Below, one piece after another: positions 16,925-25,155 of a stretch of 64,000 bases of DNA (position 1 is its first letter; each line of letters begins with the position of its first letter). Origin of the DNA: Eubacteriales bacterium (lineage in GTDB: Bacteria > Bacillota > Clostridia > Oscillospirales > UBA644); contig JAZPXN010000084.1 in the NCBI GenBank assembly GCA_045543655.1, forward strand, positions 47,326-111,325, read 5' to 3'. Both the position numbers and the translations under genes were made by a program. The notes below the pieces were generated by a model. The model was given only the letters and a program-made list of their open reading frames with translations, ran no database searches and was not told where the DNA came from.

Positions 16925-18688
16925 TTAGCGGGTTTTGGCGGCGATGGAATCGGCCAATTCCCGGAGTTTCCTCTTGGTTTCCGGAGGGATCGCCCGACGG
17001 ACGTCCTGCCGGACGAGATAATACCACATAGACTTCTTTTCGGGGAGATTGAACTCCTCCACCATAACGGGATAGATCATCTTTTCCGCATCGAAGGCGA
17101 TGGCGACCTCGTTGAGCACGTGCTTGGACTCGGCGGCACGGGGCGTTAAGACCACGATAAAGATCTCCGTCTTCCCAAGGGCGTCCATGATGGCGTCGGC
17201 ATAGGCGCAGGAGCCACGGTATTCCTTCACGTCAGCCTCGCAATACCAAGGCTTCAGCCCCCGTTTTTCCAATTCCTTGGCCAGATACCGGACGATCAGC
17301 CCGTCGCCGGTATTATAGCTGATAAAGACCCGATCGGACTCCGGAGAAGTCTGCACGGTCTCCCGGTGATAAAGGGAAATATCTTCAAAGAGACTTTCGT
17401 CGCTGATCTTATTTTCCGCAAATAAGGCACGGTCTTCCTCCAGCTTGACCAGGCGCTGGCGGTAGACCGGCTGATCCGGATCCTCGTCCCTTTTCGCCCG
17501 ATATTTATCCATAAAATACTGCAGGGCGTTGCCGGTGAAATCGTAGTCCACGTCCAGCTGAGCGCCGTAGGTGATCTTTTTCCGCTGGGCGTACAGAAGG
17601 GAGGCGATGCCCAGCAAGATCCCTTCGATCATCTGGGAAGAGCCTCTGCCGAGGAAGGGCAGGGAGAAGGACGCGCCAAGGCCGGAAAATTCCCCCATCA
17701 GAGCAAAGAAGGTGGTGAGGGCAAAATAGACGGCGATGCTGAAGATGACGTAGCGGGCGTAGGTATTCTTCACCTTTGACGACATCCGGAAGAGGCGGTA
17801 AATCAAAAAGATCTCCGCGGCCAAAAGGAGCAGGAAAAAGATCCAGCCGTAGTTCATAATTCCGGTAACCGTGGGATAGTAACCGGAATTGGCCAGCCAT
17901 TCCACGGCGGAGGAGCCGTTGACGGTGGCGTCGGAAGCACCGATAACTCGGCTTTCGCCCAGCGCCGCCCGTACCACCCGGGGGAAGAAGCCCATGCCGT
18001 TGGGGTCGTCCATCCCACCGGACAGAAGCATCTGCAGACGATCCTGCATCCGGTCGGAAAACAGGAACGATCCGAAATATCCCAGAACGAACAAACCCGA
18101 AAGCCCCACGGGGAACAGCCAGGAAATATGAAGGCGCTTTTCGATCTTTCCCTTATAAAGAAGGGCAAGAAACACGAAGAAGACGACCACCACGATCCGG
18201 TAGTTGGAGATCATGGCGGCGGCACCTAACTCCACGAGAAGCATCAGACTGATAAGAAATACCGTACCGATGCGAATCTCCTGCTTTCGGCTGATGAGAT
18301 AAGACACGGGAAGCACCGAAAACATCAGAAGCTTGGCGGGCTCCAGTACCATGCTGCCAAGGCGGACGTAGTAGCCGTAGGTAGGAAGAAAATTGCAAAG
18401 GACGAGGAACAGCACGGTAACCACGTAAATGGGGATGGAGACCTTGATGAGAAGATCCGCCGAAAGACGGTTGATCACGAGCCAGCAGAGCAGAGCCAAA
18501 AGCAGAAACAACACGCCCCGGGCAAGGTAGGATTGCCGCAATTCCGGCACCGTCTCCTGCACGACGGCAAGGAAAACGGAATAGACCGCCAGCAGGATGA
18601 TGGGGGCGATCTCTTTTTTCTTCCGGAGCATTCCGTAAGCAAGAACGGCCAAAACGAAAAGGCCGAGGCAGATAAAGGTTGGGATCAT
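16925..18688 (-). CDS. SEDS (FtsW/RodA/SpoVE)-like polytopic membrane domain fused to a C-terminal TIR domain
   Basis: The first ~375 aa have ~10 TM helices with SEDS-like motifs (VLEPAKLLMF; DPNGMGFFPRVVRAALGESRVIG; SLPFLGRGSSQMIEGILLGI). The C-terminal ~135 aa are TIR_2-like (RVFISYNTGDG...IFIVVLTPRAAESKHVLNEVAIAF). Confidence 0.7.
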   Translation of the reverse strand: MIPTFICLGLFVLAVLAYGMLRKKKEIAPIILLAVYSVFLAVVQETVPELRQSYLARGVLFLLLALLCWLVINRLSADLLIKVSIPIYVVTVLFLVLCNFLPTYGYYVRLGSMVLEPAKLLMFSVLPVSYLISRKQEIRIGTVFLISLMLLVELGAAAMISNYRIVVVVFFVFLALLYKGKIEKRLHISWLFPVGLSGLFVLGYFGSFLFSDRMQDRLQMLLSGGMDDPNGMGFFPRVVRAALGESRVIGASDATVNGSSAVEWLANSGYYPTVTGIMNYGWIFFLLLLAAEIFLIYRLFRMSSKVKNTYARYVIFSIAVYFALTTFFALMGEFSGLGASFSLPFLGRGSSQMIEGILLGIASLLYAQRKKITYGAQLDVDYDFTGNALQYFMDKYRAKRDEDPDQPVYRQRLVKLEEDRALFAENKISDESLFEDISLYHRETVQTSPESDRVFISYNTGDGLIVRYLAKELEKRGLKPWYCEADVKEYRGSCAYADAIMDALGKTEIFIVVLTPRAAESKHVLNEVAIAFDAEKMIYPVMVEEFNLPEKKSMWYYLVRQDVRRAIPPETKRKLRELADSIAAKTR

Positions 18689-18708
18689 AAAGAAAAACTC
18701 CCGTCAGA

Positions 18709-18747
18709 CAGAATAGAAACCGAGGCACCCGTGGGAGAGTGCCTCGC
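18709..18747 (-). terminator. intrinsic terminator after the SBP gene
   Basis: On the minus strand: cgaggcac-tctcccacgg-gtgcctcg followed by gtttctatt. It ends ~20 nt before the SEDS-TIR ATG. Confidence 0.55.
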
Positions 18748-18762
18748 AAAAGCTTCAGAGGA

Positions 18763-20283
18763 TCAATCGAAATAGCCGGCGGCCTGCCATTGATTCAAGG
18801 TAACCTTATTGGGAAGCACGTGCTCCTCGATCAGATCGTCCACGGTGACGGCACCGCGGTCAATGAGGGCGGAGACGGAAGAGGCCGTCATAAGCCGGGA
18901 GTTGATCATGGAATAGATCTCATCCACGCCGTTGGGCCAATAAGAATACTGAAGGGAGGCGCCGTCGCGAATGAGGTATTCCACGTCCAGATCGGTCTCG
19001 AAATAATTCTCACGGTAGTACTTCATGACGTCCTCGTAGGATTCGATGCCGTCAAGTCCTTCAAAGAGATCGTACATCAAAAATGCGGAATGCTCCACGT
19101 TCTGAGCAAAGACGGGGATGGCAACGGAGCAAACGTCCTCGTAGAAGCCGGTGACCATGTTGGGATCGGAGCCGGCCCACAGAGTCACGCCGAAGGAGAA
19201 GGGTGCGCCGGTAACGATCTCGTCAAACAATCCCTTGGGACGGGTAGAGCACATGGCGCACAGACCGTCCAGGAAAGGCTCGTGACCGAACCAGGGACCC
19301 CAGGGGCTTTCGGGCTGGCCGTTGTTGAAATAACGCTGATTGGTCTTGATGCTGTTGACCAACCACTGAAGGGCTTCTTTGGCCTCCGGGGTGAGCAGGC
19401 CGTTGGTCCATTCCACGCTTCCGTCGGCGTTGACCTTATCCACGGTCACCAGATCGATACCGGTGGCAAGGAAGCTGGCGCGGGTCATATGCTGGACCCG
19501 GGCGGTCAGCCCCCAGACCGTCTCGGAGCCGGAATCGTCGTAGCAGGAGGTAATGACGTCCAGCATGGCGTCCCGGTCCCAGGCCTCGTTTTCCCAGTAT
19601 TCCTGGGGATCGGTGGCGTCGAACTGAACGAGCATATCCTTGTTATAGGCAAAAAGATAATAGGGCAGGGGGGTATAATCCAACCACAGAGCGGGGGTGA
19701 CGCCGTAGAAGGTACCGCCGGCCATCATGGCCTCCCGGGCGGTGATGTTGCCCCATTTCTCCATATCCCAGAAGTTGATGATATGATCCACCTGCAGAAG
19801 ATCCTGCATCAGCGACTCGGAGCCGCCGGTGCCGCAGGTGCGGCGCAGCTTATCGTTGATATCGGCGAAGATCAGGTCCCCGGCATTGTCGGAATAAATG
19901 CGGGACTGCATGGCGTTGACGAATTTATCCTCCGCCACCTGCTCAAATTCCAAAAGGCAGCCGTACAGCTCCTGCACCTCCAGAATCCGCTCGGCAACCT
20001 TTTCGCCCATACGGGAATCCTGGGAATATTTAAAGGGGTTGTCCACTTCCTGGAACTGAATGACGACGTACGTATTTCCCTCAGTATCGCCGGTAGGGCG
20101 GTCGGGAAGAACGAAGGATTCCACCTTATCCTGAATGCCGCCGTCGTTGCCTCCCTCGGGATTCGAAGCATCCCCCTTCCCCTCAGAATCGGTGATGGGT
20201 TCGGAACCGGGGGTACAAGCCGCAAGGGCAAGCACCATCAGCAACGCAAGGATCAAAGAAAGACTTCTGCGCAAGAGTTTCAT
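18763..20283 (-). CDS. extracellular solute-binding lipoprotein (ABC-type sugar-binding-like), no adjacent permeases
   Basis: Lipoprotein signal and lipobox (LILALLMVLALAAC), a Ser/Asp/Gly linker, then a ~450-aa SBP-like body. Confidence 0.75.
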   Translation of the reverse strand: MKLLRRSLSLILALLMVLALAACTPGSEPITDSEGKGDASNPEGGNDGGIQDKVESFVLPDRPTGDTEGNTYVVIQFQEVDNPFKYSQDSRMGEKVAERILEVQELYGCLLEFEQVAEDKFVNAMQSRIYSDNAGDLIFADINDKLRRTCGTGGSESLMQDLLQVDHIINFWDMEKWGNITAREAMMAGGTFYGVTPALWLDYTPLPYYLFAYNKDMLVQFDATDPQEYWENEAWDRDAMLDVITSCYDDSGSETVWGLTARVQHMTRASFLATGIDLVTVDKVNADGSVEWTNGLLTPEAKEALQWLVNSIKTNQRYFNNGQPESPWGPWFGHEPFLDGLCAMCSTRPKGLFDEIVTGAPFSFGVTLWAGSDPNMVTGFYEDVCSVAIPVFAQNVEHSAFLMYDLFEGLDGIESYEDVMKYYRENYFETDLDVEYLIRDGASLQYSYWPNGVDEIYSMINSRLMTASSVSALIDRGAVTVDDLIEEHVLPNKVTLNQWQAAGYFD

Positions 20284-20317
20284 GACGATTCTCCTTATCG
20301 GTTGGTTTTATGGACTC

Positions 20318-20346
20318 ATTATAACACATCTGACAGGAAAAGTCAA
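20318..20346 (-). promoter_or_regulatory. sigma-70-type promoter (TTGACT-17-TATAAT) for the SBP gene
   Basis: Read on the minus strand: cTTGACTtttcctgtcagatgtgtTATAATg, ~35 nt upstream of the ATG at 20283. Confidence 0.6.
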
Positions 20347-20405
20347 GGGAGCCGAGAACTTTTATGCGTCAACCCCCAGTTGACAACCGTGGGTTGAAAT
20401 CGGGC

Positions 20406-21089
20406 TCAGGGAAGGGGAATTTCCTGGTAAAAGGCGGGGATCACCCGATTGGGGGCCCGGAAGATATCGCCGGTAAAATCGTCGAACAACCCGAAATGGA
20501 GGGGCACCGCATATTTTGCGCCGGTGCGGGCAGCAAAGGCTGCGGCGTCAGTAGCGTTCATATTATTGCCGAAGCCGTTGACGGGCAGAAACACCGCTTC
20601 CAGGGGCAGGTCGGGCAGGGATTCGAAGACCTTTTCGTGATAAAGGGTATCCCCGGTGATATAATAATGCTTTCCCTCGGCGGAGAGAATGTAGCCCACG
20701 GCGTCGGGGTCGGAATGGGAGGCGTAGACCGTCCGGAGAACGATCTCCCCTTCGGTCCACGTAAGTCCGGGGGTGGCGCAGACCATCCGGTTCGGTTCGC
20801 TTCCGAACTGAGCGCGAAGCTTCCGGCACCCGCCCACGGAAGCCAGCACCAGCACCCGGGAATCGGGCAGATAATGGGCGACGGATTCGGGGTCGATATG
20901 ATCGAGATGATCGTGGGTGAAGAGCAGAATATCCGGTTTTACCGCCCAGAAGCGCTCGTCCACGGGGACTCTGCGGGCGTTGACGGGGTTAATCTTCGCA
21001 ACGCTGTCGGACAGATAGGGATCGACGATCACGGTCTTGCCTGAAGTCTCGAACATGAGGCCGGCCTGACCGAGCCAGGTAATTTTCAT
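20406..21089 (-). CDS. MBL-fold metallo-hydrolase
   Basis: HxHxDH motif (LLFTHDHLDHID). Start moved to ATG 21089 (MKITWLGQAG) with a GAAAGGAG SD. Confidence 0.8.
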   Translation of the reverse strand: MKITWLGQAGLMFETSGKTVIVDPYLSDSVAKINPVNARRVPVDERFWAVKPDILLFTHDHLDHIDPESVAHYLPDSRVLVLASVGGCRKLRAQFGSEPNRMVCATPGLTWTEGEIVLRTVYASHSDPDAVGYILSAEGKHYYITGDTLYHEKVFESLPDLPLEAVFLPVNGFGNNMNATDAAAFAARTGAKYAVPLHFGLFDDFTGDIFRAPNRVIPAFYQEIPLP

Positions 21090-21093
21090 CTTA

Positions 21094-21921
21094 TCATTTC
21101 TCCTTTCGGTCAAAGACCCGGACGTAATCCACGAGGAAGGTATCCCCCGCGTCCATGGCGGCGTAGGCCTCCGGGGTGGGGGTATGATCCTCAAAACGGT
21201 ATCCCCGCATTTCGGTGGAAATCAGGATAAATTCGGGGCGGTGGGAGACGAAATCGGTAATTTTTCCGTCTTCCTTCCCGTCTACGTAGAAGGTATAGCC
21301 GGTCTCGTCCCAAAGCATCCCGAAGCGGTGGAATTCCGTGGGATCCACGTCCATGCCGCCAATCTGGTTGCGCTTCATATCCAGACCGTAGCCACCGGTA
21401 AAAACGTTGTGATGATGAACGTGTCCGGGACGGAAGCATTCCATAATATCAATTTCGGAGCCGGATTCGGCGGGATCGAGAGAGGCCCCGATGATGGGGG
21501 ACTGCATCCAGAAGGCCGACCACCAGCCCAGCATCTGCTGAAAGCGGCAGCGGCATTCGTAATAGCCGTATTTGTGCTGGAATTTGGGCTCCTTCAGCTT
21601 GCCGATATTCCATTGCAGATAATCCTTTTCGAAGGTGGTTTTTTCGACGGACTGATCCATGAAATTATAGCCGGTCTGCAGCTGGGAGGAGGTGGGGCGG
21701 CCGTCTTCCCCGGGAAGGATGGAAAAGACCGCGTTGCTCTTGCCGTCCAGGGTGACGCCCTTGTCGGTCCAGGCGGGATGGGGGCGGTTCATCATGGACA
21801 TCCGGTAGTCCCATTTGGTGGTATCCAGCTCGGTGCCGTCGAATTCGTCGCTCCAGACCAGCTCCCATTCCCCGTCGGGAAGAAGGCTGGGCTCGTGATT
21901 TTTCACTTCGTACTTTTTCAT
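21094..21921 (-). CDS. glycoside hydrolase family 16 (beta-glucanase/laminarinase-like), no signal peptide
   Basis: GH16 catalytic motif ExDxxE (GSEIDIMECF), and WSAFWMQSP. Confidence 0.8.
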   Translation of the reverse strand: MKKYEVKNHEPSLLPDGEWELVWSDEFDGTELDTTKWDYRMSMMNRPHPAWTDKGVTLDGKSNAVFSILPGEDGRPTSSQLQTGYNFMDQSVEKTTFEKDYLQWNIGKLKEPKFQHKYGYYECRCRFQQMLGWWSAFWMQSPIIGASLDPAESGSEIDIMECFRPGHVHHHNVFTGGYGLDMKRNQIGGMDVDPTEFHRFGMLWDETGYTFYVDGKEDGKITDFVSHRPEFILISTEMRGYRFEDHTPTPEAYAAMDAGDTFLVDYVRVFDRKEK

Positions 21922-21922
21922 A

Positions 21923-22705
21923 TCATTTCTCCTCCGGAAGAATGGGATAAAGTTGAATCGTATTTCCCCCGTCCACGGTCAGCTCCGCACCGGTGGTATT
22001 CCGGGCGTGGGCGGCGAAATACCAGACGGCGTCGGCAATATCGGAAAATTCCGCAATATCGCCGAGGGGCGTGAAATTGGAGGGAGCGTTGCGGCAATCG
22101 TTGTAATTATTCTGCCAGCGGTCGGTTTTGATCATGCCGGGAAGGACGGCGTTGACCCGGATATTGTATTTTCCCAAATCCAGCGCCAGCGCCCGCATCA
22201 TCCCCAATTGCGCCGATTTTGAGGTGGAATAGGCGATGCGGTCGGGGATGGCACGGTAAGCGGTGTTGGAATTGATAAAGACCACCGATCCGTCGTTTTT
22301 CTCCTTCATCCGCAGGGCGGCCTGCTGGATCATAGCGTAGTTGGCCACCACGTTGGTGTTGATGACGTTGACGAAATCCGACAGGGGATTTTCGAAGATC
22401 TTCTGACGGATGCCCAGATTGGCGGCGTTGAGCACCAGGCAATCCACGGGGGTTTTCCATTCGTCAAGGGTGGCGAAGAGGTCGGCAATGCCGGTCTCGT
22501 TGACGGAGTTATCGTCGTTGACCAGCTCCAGGCAGAATCCTTCGATGCGGACGGAGGGGAATCTCCGACGGAGATCCTCCAGAGCCTCCCCCAGGGGTTG
22601 GGCCCGGCGGGAGGTGACGATCACGTTCCAGCCTTCGGAGGCAAATTTTTCCGCAACGGCAAAGCCCGTATTGACCACGGCGCCGGTGATAAGTGCGGTT
22701 TTCAC
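21923..22705 (-). CDS. SDR-family oxidoreductase
   Basis: ITGAVVNTGFAVAEKF cofactor motif and catalytic YSTSK. Confidence 0.8.
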   Translation of the reverse strand: MKTALITGAVVNTGFAVAEKFASEGWNVIVTSRRAQPLGEALEDLRRRFPSVRIEGFCLELVNDDNSVNETGIADLFATLDEWKTPVDCLVLNAANLGIRQKIFENPLSDFVNVINTNVVANYAMIQQAALRMKEKNDGSVVFINSNTAYRAIPDRIAYSTSKSAQLGMMRALALDLGKYNIRVNAVLPGMIKTDRWQNNYNDCRNAPSNFTPLGDIAEFSDIADAVWYFAAHARNTTGAELTVDGGNTIQLYPILPEEK

Positions 22706-22721
22706 GGTCTTCTCCCCTTTC

Positions 22722-23882
22722 TTAAAAATAAAATTCAGTCTTGGGGGGCCGGATATCGGTCAAGGCCCCGGTATAATGGCGGAGATTGTGCTCCACGTAG
22801 GGATGCTCAAGGCAGGCCTCCTCGTTCAATTCGATGCCGAGGCCGAGACGGTCGCCGATTTTAAGAAAGCCGTTTTCGTAGATCAGTTTTTCGTCGGTGA
22901 CGTTTTTGCGGTAGTCCACGTCGGAATACATGATCTCCAGAATACAGAAATTGGGGCAGCAGGCGGCAATCTGCAGCGTGGCGGCGTTAGCCACGGGCCC
23001 CGAGGGATTGTGGGGTGCGAAGGGAACGTAATTTGCCTCTGCAACGGCGGCAATCTTCTTCAGCTCCATGATCCCGCCGGCGTGGGAGATATCGGGCTGA
23101 ATATAATCGGCGGCACGGAGGCGGAACAGCTCGTTATAATCGAACCGGGTATACAGCCGTTCCCCGGCGGAGATGGCCACGGGGGATTTGGCACGAACGG
23201 CCTGAAGAGCCTCGATATTGTTGGGGGGCACCGGCTCCTCCAGGAACATGGGCTTGAACTGCGCCACCTCCTGAGCGATCTTGATGCCGGTGGGCACGTC
23301 GAAGCGACCGTGGGCCTCGATGAGAAGATCGACCTCCGGCCCAACGGCGTCCCGAACGGCGGCAATACAGCGCAAAGCCTTGTCCAGATCCTTATTGGAG
23401 ATCTGCAGATAGCTCTTGCCGAAGCGATCCCATTTCATGGCGGTGACGCCCCGCTGAACGGCGATGCGGGCTTTTTCGGCAAATTCCTCCGGCTCCTTGG
23501 CGCCGGCAAACCAGCCGTTGACGTAGATGCGGCATTCGTCGTTGACCTTCCCGCCCAGCAGCTGATAGACGGGGACGCCCAAAGATTTACCCAAAATATC
23601 CCACAGCGCCATTTCCACGGCGGAAAGAGCACTCATCAATACCGCCCCGCCCCGCCAATAGGCGTCCCGGTAGGTATCGTGATAGATCTTTTCGATCTGC
23701 CGGGGATCCTTGCCCACGAGAGACTGCTTCAGATGCTCCACGGCACCCTCCAGCGCCTTTTCCTTGTATTCCAGGGTGCCCTCCCCCACGCCGTCGATCC
23801 CCTCGTCGGTATAGACCTTAACGAAGACCCAGTTGGTGCGGTAACAATCCACGGTGAAGGTTTTGATATCGGTAATCTTCAT
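22722..23882 (-). CDS. enolase-superfamily (mandelate racemase/muconate lactonizing) sugar-acid dehydratase-like enzyme
   Basis: The N-terminal capping domain MKITDIKTFTVDCYRTNWVFVKVYTDEGIDGVGEGT is typical of galactonate/mannonate dehydratase-like members. Start placed at ATG 23882 with an AAAGGAG SD. Confidence 0.8.
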   Translation of the reverse strand: MKITDIKTFTVDCYRTNWVFVKVYTDEGIDGVGEGTLEYKEKALEGAVEHLKQSLVGKDPRQIEKIYHDTYRDAYWRGGAVLMSALSAVEMALWDILGKSLGVPVYQLLGGKVNDECRIYVNGWFAGAKEPEEFAEKARIAVQRGVTAMKWDRFGKSYLQISNKDLDKALRCIAAVRDAVGPEVDLLIEAHGRFDVPTGIKIAQEVAQFKPMFLEEPVPPNNIEALQAVRAKSPVAISAGERLYTRFDYNELFRLRAADYIQPDISHAGGIMELKKIAAVAEANYVPFAPHNPSGPVANAATLQIAACCPNFCILEIMYSDVDYRKNVTDEKLIYENGFLKIGDRLGLGIELNEEACLEHPYVEHNLRHYTGALTDIRPPKTEFYF

Positions 23883-24036
23883 GACCCAAAAACTCCTTTG
23901 CGGCCTTTTTCTTTCATTATAAAGCAACGGGTCGGGAATGTATATCAGAATATACCCCGTTTTTTTGCAATATCTTCCGAAAATACTTGATTTTCACCAA
24001 AATATATGATACAATATACTTATTGGAGGGATGAGA

Positions 24037-24846
24037 ATGAAGCTTTGCAACGTCACGGAATACGGCATCTTCAACACGGATTTCGCTTTTCCCGGCAAGA
24101 AACGGTCGGAGGGGCGGGTGCTTTATGATTTTCAGATCGAATATTTTATCTCCTGCACCGGGAAGGCCTATATCAACGACGACGTCTATCCCCTGGAGCC
24201 GGGGAATCTTCTTTGCTCCAAGCCGGGGCAGGTGCGCCGGAGCGAATTCGGATTCCGGTGTTATTACGTTCATTTCACCCTGCCGGAAGATTCCCCTTAC
24301 CGGGAACGGCTGATGAATACGCCGGACTTTTACCGCATCGTGGATCCCCATATCTACGGCCGCATTTTCGAGGATCTGATCAGCCATCTGATCCTGGACG
24401 GATACGATCCGGAATCGGATCTGCTGAATGCCAAATTGCTGGAGCTGTTCTATTATCTCGACCGGGATGCGGAGCGGAACCGGAATTATCTGGAGCTGTC
24501 CGAGCCCAAGCAGAACCCGGTGATCCCCAAGGTGTTGGAATATCTGAAAGACAATATCGCCACACCCGTCACCCTGACGGATATGGCGAAGCGCACGGGG
24601 TATTCTCCCCATTATTTTCACGGAATTTTTACTTCGGTCATGGGACAGACGCCCCAGCAATATCTGCTGCAGCTGCGCATCCGCCGGGCAAAGGATCTGC
24701 TGGTGCGCACCGACCGGTCTCTGGCGCAGATTGCTTACGAATGCGGGTTTTCCTCCCAATCCTACTTCAATCTCCAGTTCCGCAACCAGACCGGAACCAC
24801 GCCGGGCCAGTACCGGAAGGCTCATATGGAGCGGTACAATCCATAA
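24037..24846 (+). CDS. AraC-family transcriptional regulator (divergent from the sugar-acid operon)
   Basis: Cupin-like N-terminus and a C-terminal double HTH (LTDMAKRTGYSPHYFHGIFTSVMGQTPQQYLLQLRIRRAKDLL). Confidence 0.85.
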   Translation: MKLCNVTEYGIFNTDFAFPGKKRSEGRVLYDFQIEYFISCTGKAYINDDVYPLEPGNLLCSKPGQVRRSEFGFRCYYVHFTLPEDSPYRERLMNTPDFYRIVDPHIYGRIFEDLISHLILDGYDPESDLLNAKLLELFYYLDRDAERNRNYLELSEPKQNPVIPKVLEYLKDNIATPVTLTDMAKRTGYSPHYFHGIFTSVMGQTPQQYLLQLRIRRAKDLLVRTDRSLAQIAYECGFSSQSYFNLQFRNQTGTTPGQYRKAHMERYNP

Positions 24847-24913
24847 GCGATTCAAATCGACACAAATTCCGTCGGAGCTATGGCAGCGGAATAGGCCGAT
24901 CTTTTCGCTGAAC

Positions 24914-25096
24914 TTAATTCTGCTTCTGGACGCTTTTATATTCGTCGTACCAGCGGAAATAGGGGCAGGTAGAGCCGGGGCGGGAGTAATGCAGCGCCTC
25001 GTCCTCGTCCAACGTCAGACTGCAGGCCATGCAGCCGAAGCCTTCGTCGAATTCGTAATACAGGCAGCATTCACAGCGGCTTTTCTTTTCTGCCAT
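24914..25096 (-). CDS. small cysteine-rich protein (zinc-ribbon-like, function unknown)
   Basis: 60 aa with CxCC...CxxC...C spacing (RCECCLYYEFDEGFGCMACS...STCPYFRWYDEY). Confidence 0.5.
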   Translation of the reverse strand: MAEKKSRCECCLYYEFDEGFGCMACSLTLDEDEALHYSRPGSTCPYFRWYDEYKSVQKQN

Positions 25097-25155
25097 AAAA
25101 TCACCTCGTCAGTCTTACATAAATTCCCTCCGAAGATCTCGGAGGGAATTTTCGT

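Noticed and set aside
24914-25096. Small Cys-rich ORF as a RiPP precursor or toxin
   Set aside because: No maturation enzyme, transporter or antitoxin-like partner is adjacent. The Cys spacing looks like a zinc-ribbon-type small protein. It is kept as a hypothetical CDS only.
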